Positions 1-8,058 of a stretch of DNA of 64,000 nucleotides are shown one piece after another; the stretch's first letter is position 1, and the number at the start of each line of letters is the position of its first letter. The DNA comes from Candidatus Pelethousia sp. (lineage in GTDB: Bacteria > Bacillota > Clostridia > Christensenellales > CAG-138). A program made the translations under genes and the position numbers. The notes beneath the pieces were generated by a model. The model was not told the DNA's origin. It saw nothing but the letters and a program-made list of their open reading frames with translations, and did not search any database. Location: positions 27,882 to 91,881 of the forward strand of contig JAYFPE010000010.1 in the NCBI GenBank assembly GCA_034928145.1, given 5' to 3'.

Positions 1-669
1 GCGGCGCTGGCCAAAGGCGCGATAAAGAAAATCGGCAAAGCCGGGGATCAGGGGCGTATCCCGCCGGGTGAGGAGGGTTACGGAGGAGCTTACGTCCGGC
101 TGGGGATAGTAATCGGCCGGGGAAAGCTCCATCAGGCGGGCAGGCTCGTAATAATGCTGCGCCAGCACGGCCAGCGGGCCGTACTGGCGGCAGGACGGCT
201 GGGCGAAGAAACGCTCCGCCGCCTCCTTTTGGGCCATCAGCGCCATGCGGGGGATAGGGAGGCCGCAGCTTAAAAGCCGCAGGCAGATGGGCGTGGTAGC
301 ATAATAAGGCAGATTGGCGGCCACGACGAAAGGCCCGCCAAGTTCGGCTTGGATAAAACTAAGGTCTGTTTGGAGGAAGTCCTCACGCAGGATGCGCAGA
401 TCTGGTTCATCGGCAAAGAGGGCCGAGAGGGCTGCGGCCATGGCCGCGTCGATCTCCACAACGCATACCCTGGGCGCTTGGCGCAGCAGGGGGCCGGTGA
501 GCGCGCCGAGGCCAGGGCCGATCTCCAGGGCGGGCAGGCCGCCTTGGCAGGCCGCCGCCGCGATGGCCGCCGCCTTTTCTTCATTGACTAAAAAGTTTTG
601 CCCCAGGGCCTTATTGGGCCTGAGGCTGAAAGCTTGCAAATGTTCTTTGATGCGATCTACGCCGCTCAT
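1..669 (-). CDS. rsmA: 16S rRNA (adenine1518/1519-N6)-dimethyltransferase RsmA/KsgA, 3' end cut by the window edge
   Basis: Absent from the ORF track because it runs off the window. Reverse-strand translation from ATG 669-667 reads MSGVDRIKEHLQAFSLRPNKALGQNFLVNE..LEIGPGLGALT..VVAANLPYYATTP, which carries the KsgA LGQNFL, SAM-binding GPGxGxLT and NLPY motifs. ATGA overlap with the stop of the upstream yabE-like gene. The yabE-ksgA neighbourhood is known from Bacillus. Confidence 0.85.
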   Translation of the reverse strand, partial: MSGVDRIKEHLQAFSLRPNKALGQNFLVNEEKAAAIAAAACQGGLPALEIGPGLGALTGPLLRQAPRVCVVEIDAAMAAALSALFADEPDLRILREDFLQTDLSFIQAELGGPFVVAANLPYYATTPICLRLLSCGLPIPRMALMAQKEAAERFFAQPSCRQYGPLAVLAQHYYEPARLMELSPADYYPQPDVSSSVTLLTRRDTPLIPGFADFLYRAFGQRR

Positions 670-1853
670 TTTTTCACCAGCACGGTTACGTTGTATTTCG
701 TGCCCCAGCGCCTGGCTTCCGCTTCGGTGTTAAACCAGATATCGAGCTGGTTCATAGGCTCGCCCTTGCTGTTTTTATAGTTGCGGAAAGCGCCCGTATC
801 CTCGGCTTTGCCAAAGCCGTATTTGTTGATGTAGATCTGGGTGCCGTATTTGATGTAATAGGGGTTCACAGCGATGGTACCCAGCTTGGGCCGGGTGCCG
901 GTGGCTGTGCGGCTGCCTGTGCAATAGGCGGTGATCTTATCCACCGTCATCTTCACCCAGCCGTTTTCACCCGCGACCGGGGCTTCCCTCCAGCGCCGGG
1001 TCTCGCCCACATAGCTGGTTTGGTATTTGATCTTGGTGCCTACGCGGGTCACCTGATCCACCGCTGCGGAAAGCACGACCTGATCCGCCACCTCGCGGGA
1101 TACCTCAATGCCGTCCTTGACGATAATGCGCTGGATGACCTGCTTTTTTCCGTCCACGCCCTCGACTTCGATCTTTTTGTAATTTTCGTACTCGCGGTCG
1201 TCCTTGATGGTGACTTCGTCGTATTCCAGGGTTTTATAGCTCGTTCGGTAGGATACCTCCACATCCGTGTGGGTGATCTGCATGCCCGGCTCCACATCCT
1301 CAAAGGGCAGGTGGGAGAGCTCGTCGCCGGAGGAATAGGCCACCTTGGCGCGGCTCAAAGCCTCGCCCACAGTGCCCTCGCTCATGTGCAGCACCTGCAC
1401 CTTGCCGCCGGATTTCACGGCCACCGGATAGGCCCGGCTGACCTCCACCCGCAGGCCGGGCGCCAAGGCTTCAGCGGAGCCGGGGGATACGGAATCCCCG
1501 GCGTGGAGCTGCACGCCCGCCACGGCCAAAAGGCCCTCCACCGTATCCGCGTGCACATAGTACGCTGTTTCGATGCCGTCTACGGAGAGGGTCACGCGGA
1601 TGCGGGGATCCGGCATGGTCAGGGCATAGCCGAAACAGCCGCCCGCTACCAAGAGGCCGAAGAGCAGCGGAACCAGCAGCCACGCGGGCGCTGCCGCGGC
1701 CTCTCCCCGGGCCTGCCTGCGCTTGCCCCTGCGGGGCATATGCCCCCCCAAGCCTTGGGTGATATGTAGAAAGAATCCGGCTATGCCCGCGCCGAAGCAC
1801 TGCAGGCCGGACCGCAGATTATAGAAGAAGTTCTTACGCCTTCGTCGTACCAT
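666..1853 (-). CDS. YabE-like cell-wall protein (DUF348 repeats, G5 domain, C-terminal 3D domain)
   Basis: ORF 666..1949. Start placed at ATG 1853 (MVRRRRKNFF..), which is preceded by AAGGAG and followed by one TM segment. G5-like block YRTSYKTLEYDEVTIKDD..RVGTK. 3D-type C-terminus AYCTGSRTATGTRPKLGTIAVNP..AEDTGAF..LDIWF. Confidence 0.8.
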   Translation of the reverse strand: MVRRRRKNFFYNLRSGLQCFGAGIAGFFLHITQGLGGHMPRRGKRRQARGEAAAAPAWLLVPLLFGLLVAGGCFGYALTMPDPRIRVTLSVDGIETAYYVHADTVEGLLAVAGVQLHAGDSVSPGSAEALAPGLRVEVSRAYPVAVKSGGKVQVLHMSEGTVGEALSRAKVAYSSGDELSHLPFEDVEPGMQITHTDVEVSYRTSYKTLEYDEVTIKDDREYENYKKIEVEGVDGKKQVIQRIIVKDGIEVSREVADQVVLSAAVDQVTRVGTKIKYQTSYVGETRRWREAPVAGENGWVKMTVDKITAYCTGSRTATGTRPKLGTIAVNPYYIKYGTQIYINKYGFGKAEDTGAFRNYKNSKGEPMNQLDIWFNTEAEARRWGTKYNVTVLVKK

Positions 1854-2030
1854 GGTTTGCTCCTTTGCTTGCGCGCATATACGCACATATAAGCATGAAT
1901 ATTCTATCAGCATCGTGCCACCCCTGTCAATTTTCCCGCCTGTAAACAAACTGTGGCCCCGATTTACAATAGAAGGGTTACCACGTTATAATATGCGTAT
2001 ACTTATAAATTTGGAAAGGCTATCCATAAG

Positions 2031-4232
2031 ATGAAACGCGTCCTCTGTATCCTCCTGTGTTTTTCCCTGCTTTTCCCTGCCCTTGGCTGCTCCGCCCTGA
2101 GCGGGCGTGAGCTTTGCCTGGATTTCCTCACCGCCATTTCAGAAGGGGAATATGACCGGGCCTACGATATGCTGGATCCGGCCGTGCGGGCCGATCCCGT
2201 ACAGCCGGATAGCGAAAACGAGGCGGATATCGCCGCGGCCAAGCAAGCAGAGGCGGAAAAAGAGGCCAATGGCCGCATCACCAGGGAGCGCTTCAAGCAA
2301 AAATATACAGCCGTGTTCGAGGTGCTTGGCATTACGGCCGTGGCCTATGAGAACGTGGAGATCGAGGAAGGCGAAATCTTTACCACGGCCACCTATATCG
2401 GCATTTATAGCAGCGAACTGGCCGGGGATATGGAAGAGGAATTCAAGCTGGTGGCCGTGCGATCCGGCGGCCGCTGGGTGATCGAATGGGAACCCGGCAT
2501 GATCTTCCCGGATATGGAGTGGGGGGATACGGTGCGCAAGGCGGCGATCCGTGCCCAGCGCGGCGAGATCGTGGCCGATGGCCAGCTTTTGGCGGCCACG
2601 GTGGGCAAGCTCTCGGTTTACGCCGTGCCCAGCCGCATCAAGGATGTGCCTTTGTTCGCATCCCAGGCGGCCATCCTTTTGGGCATGACGGAGAGCGCCG
2701 TGCAAAAGCGCCTGGATAAGGCCTATAACGACCTCGCCGTGCTCAAGCAATTCTATACGGACGAGCTGACCGCCACGGCGCGCGAGCAGTTGCTCTCCAT
2801 CGAGGGTGTGGGCATAGACGAGGGAAACTATGCGGAGGCCCGGCAATACCCCTATGGCGATATGCTGGCCCATATCCTGGGTTATGTGGGCATGGTAAGC
2901 GCGGAAACGGCGGAGGAGGCCGAAGCCCTGGTGGATGAAATGAACCGGGGCCGGAACCCGGACGACGGCCTTTACGCAACGGATTCCCAGGTGGGCAAGC
3001 TGGGCCTGGAAAAGCAATATGAAGAGGTGCTGCGCGGCAAGGATGGCTACCGCGTTTTCATTCAGACCGGCGAGGGGCTGAACCGCCGCACCCTCTATAC
3101 CAAGCCCGTGGAGGATGGCTACGACCTGCATCTCACCATTAACCTGGCCCTGCAGGAACGGCTGGATTTCATTCTGGAGTGCGAATTGATGGATGAGGAA
3201 ACGGCTGGAGCCGTGGTTGTGATGAATCCCAGGACAGGGGCCATAGAAGCCATGGCCAGTTGGCCCAGCTACGACCTCAACCTTTTTGCCCGGGGCATCT
3301 CCAGCACGGCTTACGCCAAGCTCACCGGAAAAAAGAACACCCCGCTCTATAACCGGCTTACCCAGGGCCTTTATCCTCCCGGCTCCGTGCTCAAAGCCTT
3401 TACGGCCGCTGCGGCCCTCGATACGGGCACGTTGGATGAAACCTACGAATTCAAGGGCGAGATCGAGGATGATTACTGGCTGCCCACGGAATTCGGCCCC
3501 TGGACGGGCAGCAAGATCAAGCGCGCGCATACGGAATATCCCAAGCTGCCTACCCTCAACATGCGCCGGGCCATCATTTATTCCGATAACATCTACTTTG
3601 CCAACGCCGCCCTTTTGATGGGCTGGGAGAGGCTGGCTCCCTATATGGAAAAGGCGGGCCTCAACAGCGCTATCCCCTTTGACCTCAACGTGGCACCCCC
3701 CCAGCTTCATAACAAATCCGAAACCGACCTGAGCCTGATGCTCCTGGCGGAAAGCGGCTATGGCCAGGGACAGGTGCTGATCACGCCCTTGCAGATGGCC
3801 GCGATGTTCTGCGCCTTTGCCAACGACGGGGATGTGCCTGCGCCCTATCTGATAGACGGGCTGTATAAGGAGAACGGCATCAAATACGACACCGTGAGCC
3901 TCACCGTGCCCAAGATCTGGCGCGAGGACGTAGTGAGCGCCCACGCGCTGGAGGTTATCCTGCCGTATTTGCAGGATGTCGTTTACAGGCCGATGAACGG
4001 CACGGGCCGCCTCCTGGATGTGACGGATGTGCAGATCGCTGCAAAAACGGGCACAGCCGAGATCGGCAACGACAAGAGCCGGGAGATCGCCTGGTTCGCC
4101 GGCTTCCGCTGCGATGTGGAGCCCGAGCAGGCGCGCTTGGTGCTCGTCATGCTTGAGGTGCCCGCCAACGGCCCCTATTCCAATACCAAGTTCACCATCG
4201 CCAGAAATCTACTGCGCCTGAGCGCGCCCTAA
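2031..4232 (+). CDS. class B penicillin-binding protein (transpeptidase) with NTF2-like MecA_N-type N-terminal domain, lipoprotein
   Basis: 733-aa ORF. Signal peptide plus lipobox MKRVLCILLCFSLLFPALGC. Transpeptidase motifs SVLK (SxxK), SDN (SxN) and KTGTAE (KTG). Confidence 0.9.
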   Translation: MKRVLCILLCFSLLFPALGCSALSGRELCLDFLTAISEGEYDRAYDMLDPAVRADPVQPDSENEADIAAAKQAEAEKEANGRITRERFKQKYTAVFEVLGITAVAYENVEIEEGEIFTTATYIGIYSSELAGDMEEEFKLVAVRSGGRWVIEWEPGMIFPDMEWGDTVRKAAIRAQRGEIVADGQLLAATVGKLSVYAVPSRIKDVPLFASQAAILLGMTESAVQKRLDKAYNDLAVLKQFYTDELTATAREQLLSIEGVGIDEGNYAEARQYPYGDMLAHILGYVGMVSAETAEEAEALVDEMNRGRNPDDGLYATDSQVGKLGLEKQYEEVLRGKDGYRVFIQTGEGLNRRTLYTKPVEDGYDLHLTINLALQERLDFILECELMDEETAGAVVVMNPRTGAIEAMASWPSYDLNLFARGISSTAYAKLTGKKNTPLYNRLTQGLYPPGSVLKAFTAAAALDTGTLDETYEFKGEIEDDYWLPTEFGPWTGSKIKRAHTEYPKLPTLNMRRAIIYSDNIYFANAALLMGWERLAPYMEKAGLNSAIPFDLNVAPPQLHNKSETDLSLMLLAESGYGQGQVLITPLQMAAMFCAFANDGDVPAPYLIDGLYKENGIKYDTVSLTVPKIWREDVVSAHALEVILPYLQDVVYRPMNGTGRLLDVTDVQIAAKTGTAEIGNDKSREIAWFAGFRCDVEPEQARLVLVMLEVPANGPYSNTKFTIARNLLRLSAP

Positions 4233-4253
4233 ATACAGAGGAGGTATCACACC

Positions 4254-4799
4254 ATGCGCTATCCCGTGGCCCTCAAGCAAAACGTTTTCTGCTACCTGGC
4301 CGTTGCCCTAATGGCTGCTGCGGTTATCCTGCGCTGCGCCTACTTCCTGCCCCGCTGGGCGGAAACGGACGCCCTGGCGCTGGCGCTGCAATTCTTTCTG
4401 CCCCTGCTCAGCGGTGTGGTTTACTGCGGGGCCATGCTGGCCAAGGGCGGTAAACTCTATTTGCTCACGATTTTCTCGGTATTTCTGGGGATTACCTTCT
4501 TCATCGCCAAGGCCCAGAGCTTCGAGCATGCCTGGCACACGGTGCTTTGCACCTTGCTCTACCTTGTCGTGTTTATCATCTACACCCTCACGGCCCTGGG
4601 CGTGATGTCCTCGCTGCTCTACCAAAAGCTGGTCTTCGGTCTGCCGCTAATCTTCCACATCATTCAGGATATCTTCTTTCCATCGGCCAATATGCAAATT
4701 AGCCCCCTGCCCGAGCTTTCGGTGCTGTGCATTATGGCCGCTTTGCTCTTTGGCGCCTTTGCCCTGCAGCAAGTTAAGACCGGTTGCCAAAAAGATTAA
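4254..4799 (+). CDS. hypothetical integral membrane protein (about 5 TM segments)
   Basis: 181-aa ORF with GGAGGT 7 nt upstream of the ATG. Strongly hydrophobic segments. No family recognised. Confidence 0.6.
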   Translation: MRYPVALKQNVFCYLAVALMAAAVILRCAYFLPRWAETDALALALQFFLPLLSGVVYCGAMLAKGGKLYLLTIFSVFLGITFFIAKAQSFEHAWHTVLCTLLYLVVFIIYTLTALGVMSSLLYQKLVFGLPLIFHIIQDIFFPSANMQISPLPELSVLCIMAALLFGAFALQQVKTGCQKD

Positions 4800-4814
4800 T
4801 AACCATTCCCGTTC

Positions 4815-4843
4815 TTGACTTTTTCCCTGCTAAACGCTACAAT
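4815..4843 (+). promoter_or_regulatory. sigma-A-type promoter of the small NrdD-like gene
   Basis: TTGACT (4815-4820), 17-nt spacer, TACAAT (4838-4843), located 55 nt upstream of the ATG at 4898. Confidence 0.45.
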
Positions 4844-4897
4844 ATGTGGTATAAAAAGCGGCAGGGCACACGATATATGCCCTGAAAAGGAGTATAT

Positions 4898-5170
4898 ATG
4901 GATATGCAGGTAAACGTAACAGGGGGCGAGCTGCCCCAGGTGGAGATCGAGGCCTATATCGCCCATGGCCGCAAGAGTTATCCGGACCGGCAGATCGAGC
5001 GCATGGATGTAAAGATAGATGGCGAATATGTCGATATCAACTATTTTCTCGCCGATGAGCCCTTTACCCGCATTCGCCGCATCACGGGCTATCTGGTGGG
5101 CGATATGAGCCATTGGAACAACGCCAAGCGGGCCGAGGAAGCGGACCGGGTCAAGCATACGATGGAGTAG
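4898..5170 (+). CDS. stand-alone glycyl-radical module resembling the extreme C-terminus of anaerobic ribonucleotide reductase NrdD
   Basis: 90-aa ORF with AAGGAG 5 nt upstream. Its C-terminal FTRIRRITGYLVGDMSHWNNAKRAEEADRVKH aligns by eye with the E. coli NrdD end RRVCGYLGSPDARPFNAGKQEEVKRRVKH. Has its own promoter and terminator. Confidence 0.7.
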   Translation: MDMQVNVTGGELPQVEIEAYIAHGRKSYPDRQIERMDVKIDGEYVDINYFLADEPFTRIRRITGYLVGDMSHWNNAKRAEEADRVKHTME

Positions 5171-5187
5171 GTAATACAGAATACAAG

Positions 5188-5213
5188 CGGCCCGGCGCAT
5201 TTGCGCCGGGCCG
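5188..5213 (+). terminator. GC-rich hairpin terminator after the NrdD-like gene
   Basis: CGGCCCGGCGC-ATTT-GCGCCGGGCCG, an 11-bp perfect stem 18 nt after the stop codon. The 3' flank TATTGAT is only moderately T-rich. Confidence 0.55.
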
Positions 5214-5566
5214 TATTGATAAAACTATTACGCTATTCTGACCCTATGTTCCTGACGGATGTAGTACTTCTCTACCTTGTAAGCCTTTCATGCGTTTGCA
5301 CTGGATGCCAGGCCCGCCTAAATAGACAAACATTCGGCAATGTGGTATACTTCATAGCAATCTTCTCGGGCCCACTATATTTTTTATGAGTTTTCGCGAT
5401 TCCGGATGCAGGTCGATTGGGCAGGGGAAATACGCCGCTGCCTTGCGTGCAAAAGCATCGTACATGCAAAGAACAGCCTTTGGGCATAAGAAAAAAGAAA
5501 CGATGCCCCTGTACATCGCAGGGAAAACGCGTTGAAGTACTAACCGAATTTTAGGCGGGAGTTGTT

Positions 5567-6958
5567 ATGAGACCGGTTATATTGAATAAGGAGGAGCTTC
5601 TGGAACATTCCTGTAAGGAATTGCGAGGCGTGGTGCTGGATGTGTTGGAACAAACCCTCCTTGAGATGGATTCATACCGATCCTTTCTGAAAAACATAAC
5701 GGTGGAAGAATCGATTCTACGCATCGGCGACCGAAGCTGGGATCTGGATAAGGCGCGCAGCGTATATTTGATCTGCGGCGGCAAGGCGGCCAATGCAACC
5801 GCCATGGCCTTGGAAACCCTGCTCGGCCCCCGGCTTACGGGGGGTGTGGTGATTGTGAAATCCCTGGAAGGCGGCGATCGTTTTTCCAAATGCGAGGTTT
5901 ATGTGGGCGGACATCCCCTATCCAATTTGGAGGGCTATCAGGGCTGCTGCCGCATATTTGAAATGCTCGAAAAGATCGGGCCCGAGGATTTGGTGATCAG
6001 CGCCATTAGCGGGGGCACCTCCGCGCTCATGGCCTGCCCCAAGCCGGGGCTGAGCCTAGAGGCGGATATTCTTACCTCGGATATCCTTTTAAAGAGCGGT
6101 GCAAACATCCATGAAATCAACTCGGTGCGGCGGCATATTTCCCGCACCAACGGCGGCAACCTGGCAAAGCAGATCGAAGCAAAGGGCGCAGAAATGATCC
6201 TGCTCATGCATGTGGACGCCATCGGCAGCGCGCCCACGCAGGAACCTTGGGTGGCAAGGCCGGTGTTCGGCGGACCCATGGCCCCGGACCCCACGACCTT
6301 GCAGGACGCTAAGAATACCATACGCAACTATGGCCTGCAGGATAAGCTGCCCCGCACGGTTGTGGAATTCCTGGAAAACAGCACTGAGGCCGATGAAACA
6401 CCCAAGGAATTAAAGCGCCATACCACCTTTGCCGTGAACACGCTGCCGGATTTAAGCGCCTGCGCGCAGCAAAAGGCTCGGAAGATGGGCATAAACGCGC
6501 ACATCCTCAGCTCCTCCATGGTAGGGGACAGCCAGCAGGCCGGGGCGTTTTTTGCAAGCCTTGCCCGGGAGATTCAAACCTTTGGAAGGCCGTATGCGGC
6601 GCCCTGCCTGCTGATCGCCTCCGGGGAGGTTTATACCATGATCGACGATCCGCGTTCCGTGCGCGGCAGCGGCGGGCCGGGGCAGGAAATGGTGGTGGCC
6701 TTTGCCTTGGCCAACCGAGATATGCCCGGCGTGTGCTTTGCCAGCATAGACAGCGAGGGCACGGATGGCCCCACGCCGGCGGCGGGCGGTATCGTGGATT
6801 CCTGCACCTATGCCTACGCCTTGGAAAAAGGGGTGGATTTGCATAAAGCGCTGCGCCGCCACTCCACCCACCAGGCGTTGGGATCGCTGGGCTGCCTGGT
6901 GTATTCCGGGAATACGGGAACAACCCTTTGCGATTTGCACCTTTTATACATCGTGTGA
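5567..6958 (+). CDS. MOFRL/DUF4147-family kinase (glycerate 2-kinase-like), paralogue 1
   Basis: 463-aa ORF. Blocks VYVGGHPLSN, EINSVRRHISRTNGG, SIDSEGTDGPT and GNTGTTLCDL are typical of MOFRL glycerate kinases, which are often mis-annotated as hydroxypyruvate reductase. Confidence 0.85.
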   Translation: MRPVILNKEELLEHSCKELRGVVLDVLEQTLLEMDSYRSFLKNITVEESILRIGDRSWDLDKARSVYLICGGKAANATAMALETLLGPRLTGGVVIVKSLEGGDRFSKCEVYVGGHPLSNLEGYQGCCRIFEMLEKIGPEDLVISAISGGTSALMACPKPGLSLEADILTSDILLKSGANIHEINSVRRHISRTNGGNLAKQIEAKGAEMILLMHVDAIGSAPTQEPWVARPVFGGPMAPDPTTLQDAKNTIRNYGLQDKLPRTVVEFLENSTEADETPKELKRHTTFAVNTLPDLSACAQQKARKMGINAHILSSSMVGDSQQAGAFFASLAREIQTFGRPYAAPCLLIASGEVYTMIDDPRSVRGSGGPGQEMVVAFALANRDMPGVCFASIDSEGTDGPTPAAGGIVDSCTYAYALEKGVDLHKALRRHSTHQALGSLGCLVYSGNTGTTLCDLHLLYIV

Positions 6959-7019
6959 TTCTTACGCACAAACGGCCGGCTCTTTAGGATGTGCCGGCCA
7001 AACGAATTCGCGGTTTTTT

Positions 7020-7056
7020 GGGAGCCAAGCCGAATGGGCGGGGCTCCTGCTTTTTT
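7020..7056 (+). terminator. rho-independent terminator after MOFRL paralogue 1
   Basis: GGAGCC (7021-7026) pairs with GGCTCC (7042-7047), followed by TGCTTTTTT. Confidence 0.6.
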
Positions 7057-7096
7057 GCGCCGCGGCCGCCTGCGGCCGGGTTATGCAAGGCGGCGC

Positions 7097-7855
7097 TTAG
7101 TCGTTCCCCCAGTAAGGAAGCTCACTGAACTTAACCATGTGCTTGCCGCTGTTGCGGAAATCCAGAGGCCTGCTCCCCGTGATGGTGCGAAAAGCCCTGG
7201 AAAACGAGGACGCGTTGGTGTAGCCGATCTGCAAAGCAATATCGATGATGCGGTATTTTGTGTTGATCAACAGCTCCTTGGCTTTGTTGATGCGCAGCTC
7301 CGTTAAATATTCATTGGGCGTTTTGCCCATGTGGTTGCGGAACCAGGAGATATAGTAATTCGGATTATAGTTTTCTATACTGGCCAGCATTTCAATGGTA
7401 ATAGGCTCGGCATAGTGTGCTTCCAAAAACTGAATCGAAACATATCTGTGCTCCATAATCATTTTGGAATACAGGTATTGGAACAGGTATTGCACGCAGC
7501 GGCCGGTAGGATCGGCAACGGCCTCGCGCTGAAAAAGCTCCACCATGTTATGCAAATAGTCCGGCATGGAAAAAATGGGGGTTTGAATCAGTTCCTTTAC
7601 GTCATCCTCGGTGATCATTTCAGCCGGAATGCTTAGCCATATAACCTTTTTGGTACAAATCACCCGGTGGAATACATCCGGGTGAACATAGGCGATGGAG
7701 TTTGCGTTGAGCCAAAAATCCGTTTCATCGATGCGGATGTAAAGAATGTCGGAGGTGGGGATGAAAATATGGGCGTACTGGTGGGTATGCCCGGTTTGCT
7801 GACTGGGGATAAAGTCGTAATTGCATTCGATCTTCAGCACGGGCGCGCCCTCCAA
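7097..7855 (-). CDS. AraC-family transcriptional regulator
   Basis: 252-aa ORF. C-terminal double HTH ..INKAKELLINTKYRIIDIALQIGYTNASSFSRAFRTITGSRPLDFR. N-terminal cupin-like sensor region. Divergent from MOFRL paralogue 2. Confidence 0.85.
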   Translation of the reverse strand: MEGAPVLKIECNYDFIPSQQTGHTHQYAHIFIPTSDILYIRIDETDFWLNANSIAYVHPDVFHRVICTKKVIWLSIPAEMITEDDVKELIQTPIFSMPDYLHNMVELFQREAVADPTGRCVQYLFQYLYSKMIMEHRYVSIQFLEAHYAEPITIEMLASIENYNPNYYISWFRNHMGKTPNEYLTELRINKAKELLINTKYRIIDIALQIGYTNASSFSRAFRTITGSRPLDFRNSGKHMVKFSELPYWGND

Positions 7856-7886
7856 TTGTGAGTTTATGAATGGAATATATAAGTTT

Positions 7887-7905
7887 TAGCATATGATATA
7901 TGCTA
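7887..7905. promoter_or_regulatory. inverted repeat in the AraC/MOFRL-2 divergent region (candidate operator)
   Basis: TAGCATAT-GAT-ATATGCTA (8-bp arms). A related GAGCATATATGAT copy lies at 7971-7983. Confidence 0.3.
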
Positions 7906-8058
7906 CTGTCAAGCCGCAATACAGATTTATCCATAAAAACATGAATTTACGGAACGATCTGTATGAGTTTGAGCATATATGATTTTCCATAAGTGTGGTA
8001 CCATAGTACTCGCACATAGTATTATCTTTAATTATTACAGAATATTCACAAGGATTGG

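Noticed and set aside
270-733. ORFs 270..584 (-), 314..733 (+) and 349..591 (+) at the left edge.
   Set aside because: A different minus-strand frame, open to the window edge, encodes a clean KsgA/RsmA N-terminus starting at 669. The listed ORFs are Arg/Pro/Ala-rich frame artefacts.
2139-3944. Very long reverse-frame ORFs inside annotated genes. Examples: 2139..3944 (-), 8035..8853 (-), 9502..10782 (-), 15060..15812 (-), 19224..20609 (+), 20985..21935 (+), 22927..23712 (-), 24252..24989 (-), 26117..26809 (-), 31731..32363 (-), 37219..37995 (+), 43815..44627 (+), 44725..45693 (+), 52349..53248 (+), 61257..62159 (-), 63007..63993 (-).
   Set aside because: These are the antisense shadow ORFs expected in GC-rich coding DNA. 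Their translations are Arg/Gly/His/Ala-rich and low in complexity, they lack an RBS, and in every case the opposite strand encodes a protein with unmistakable family motifs.
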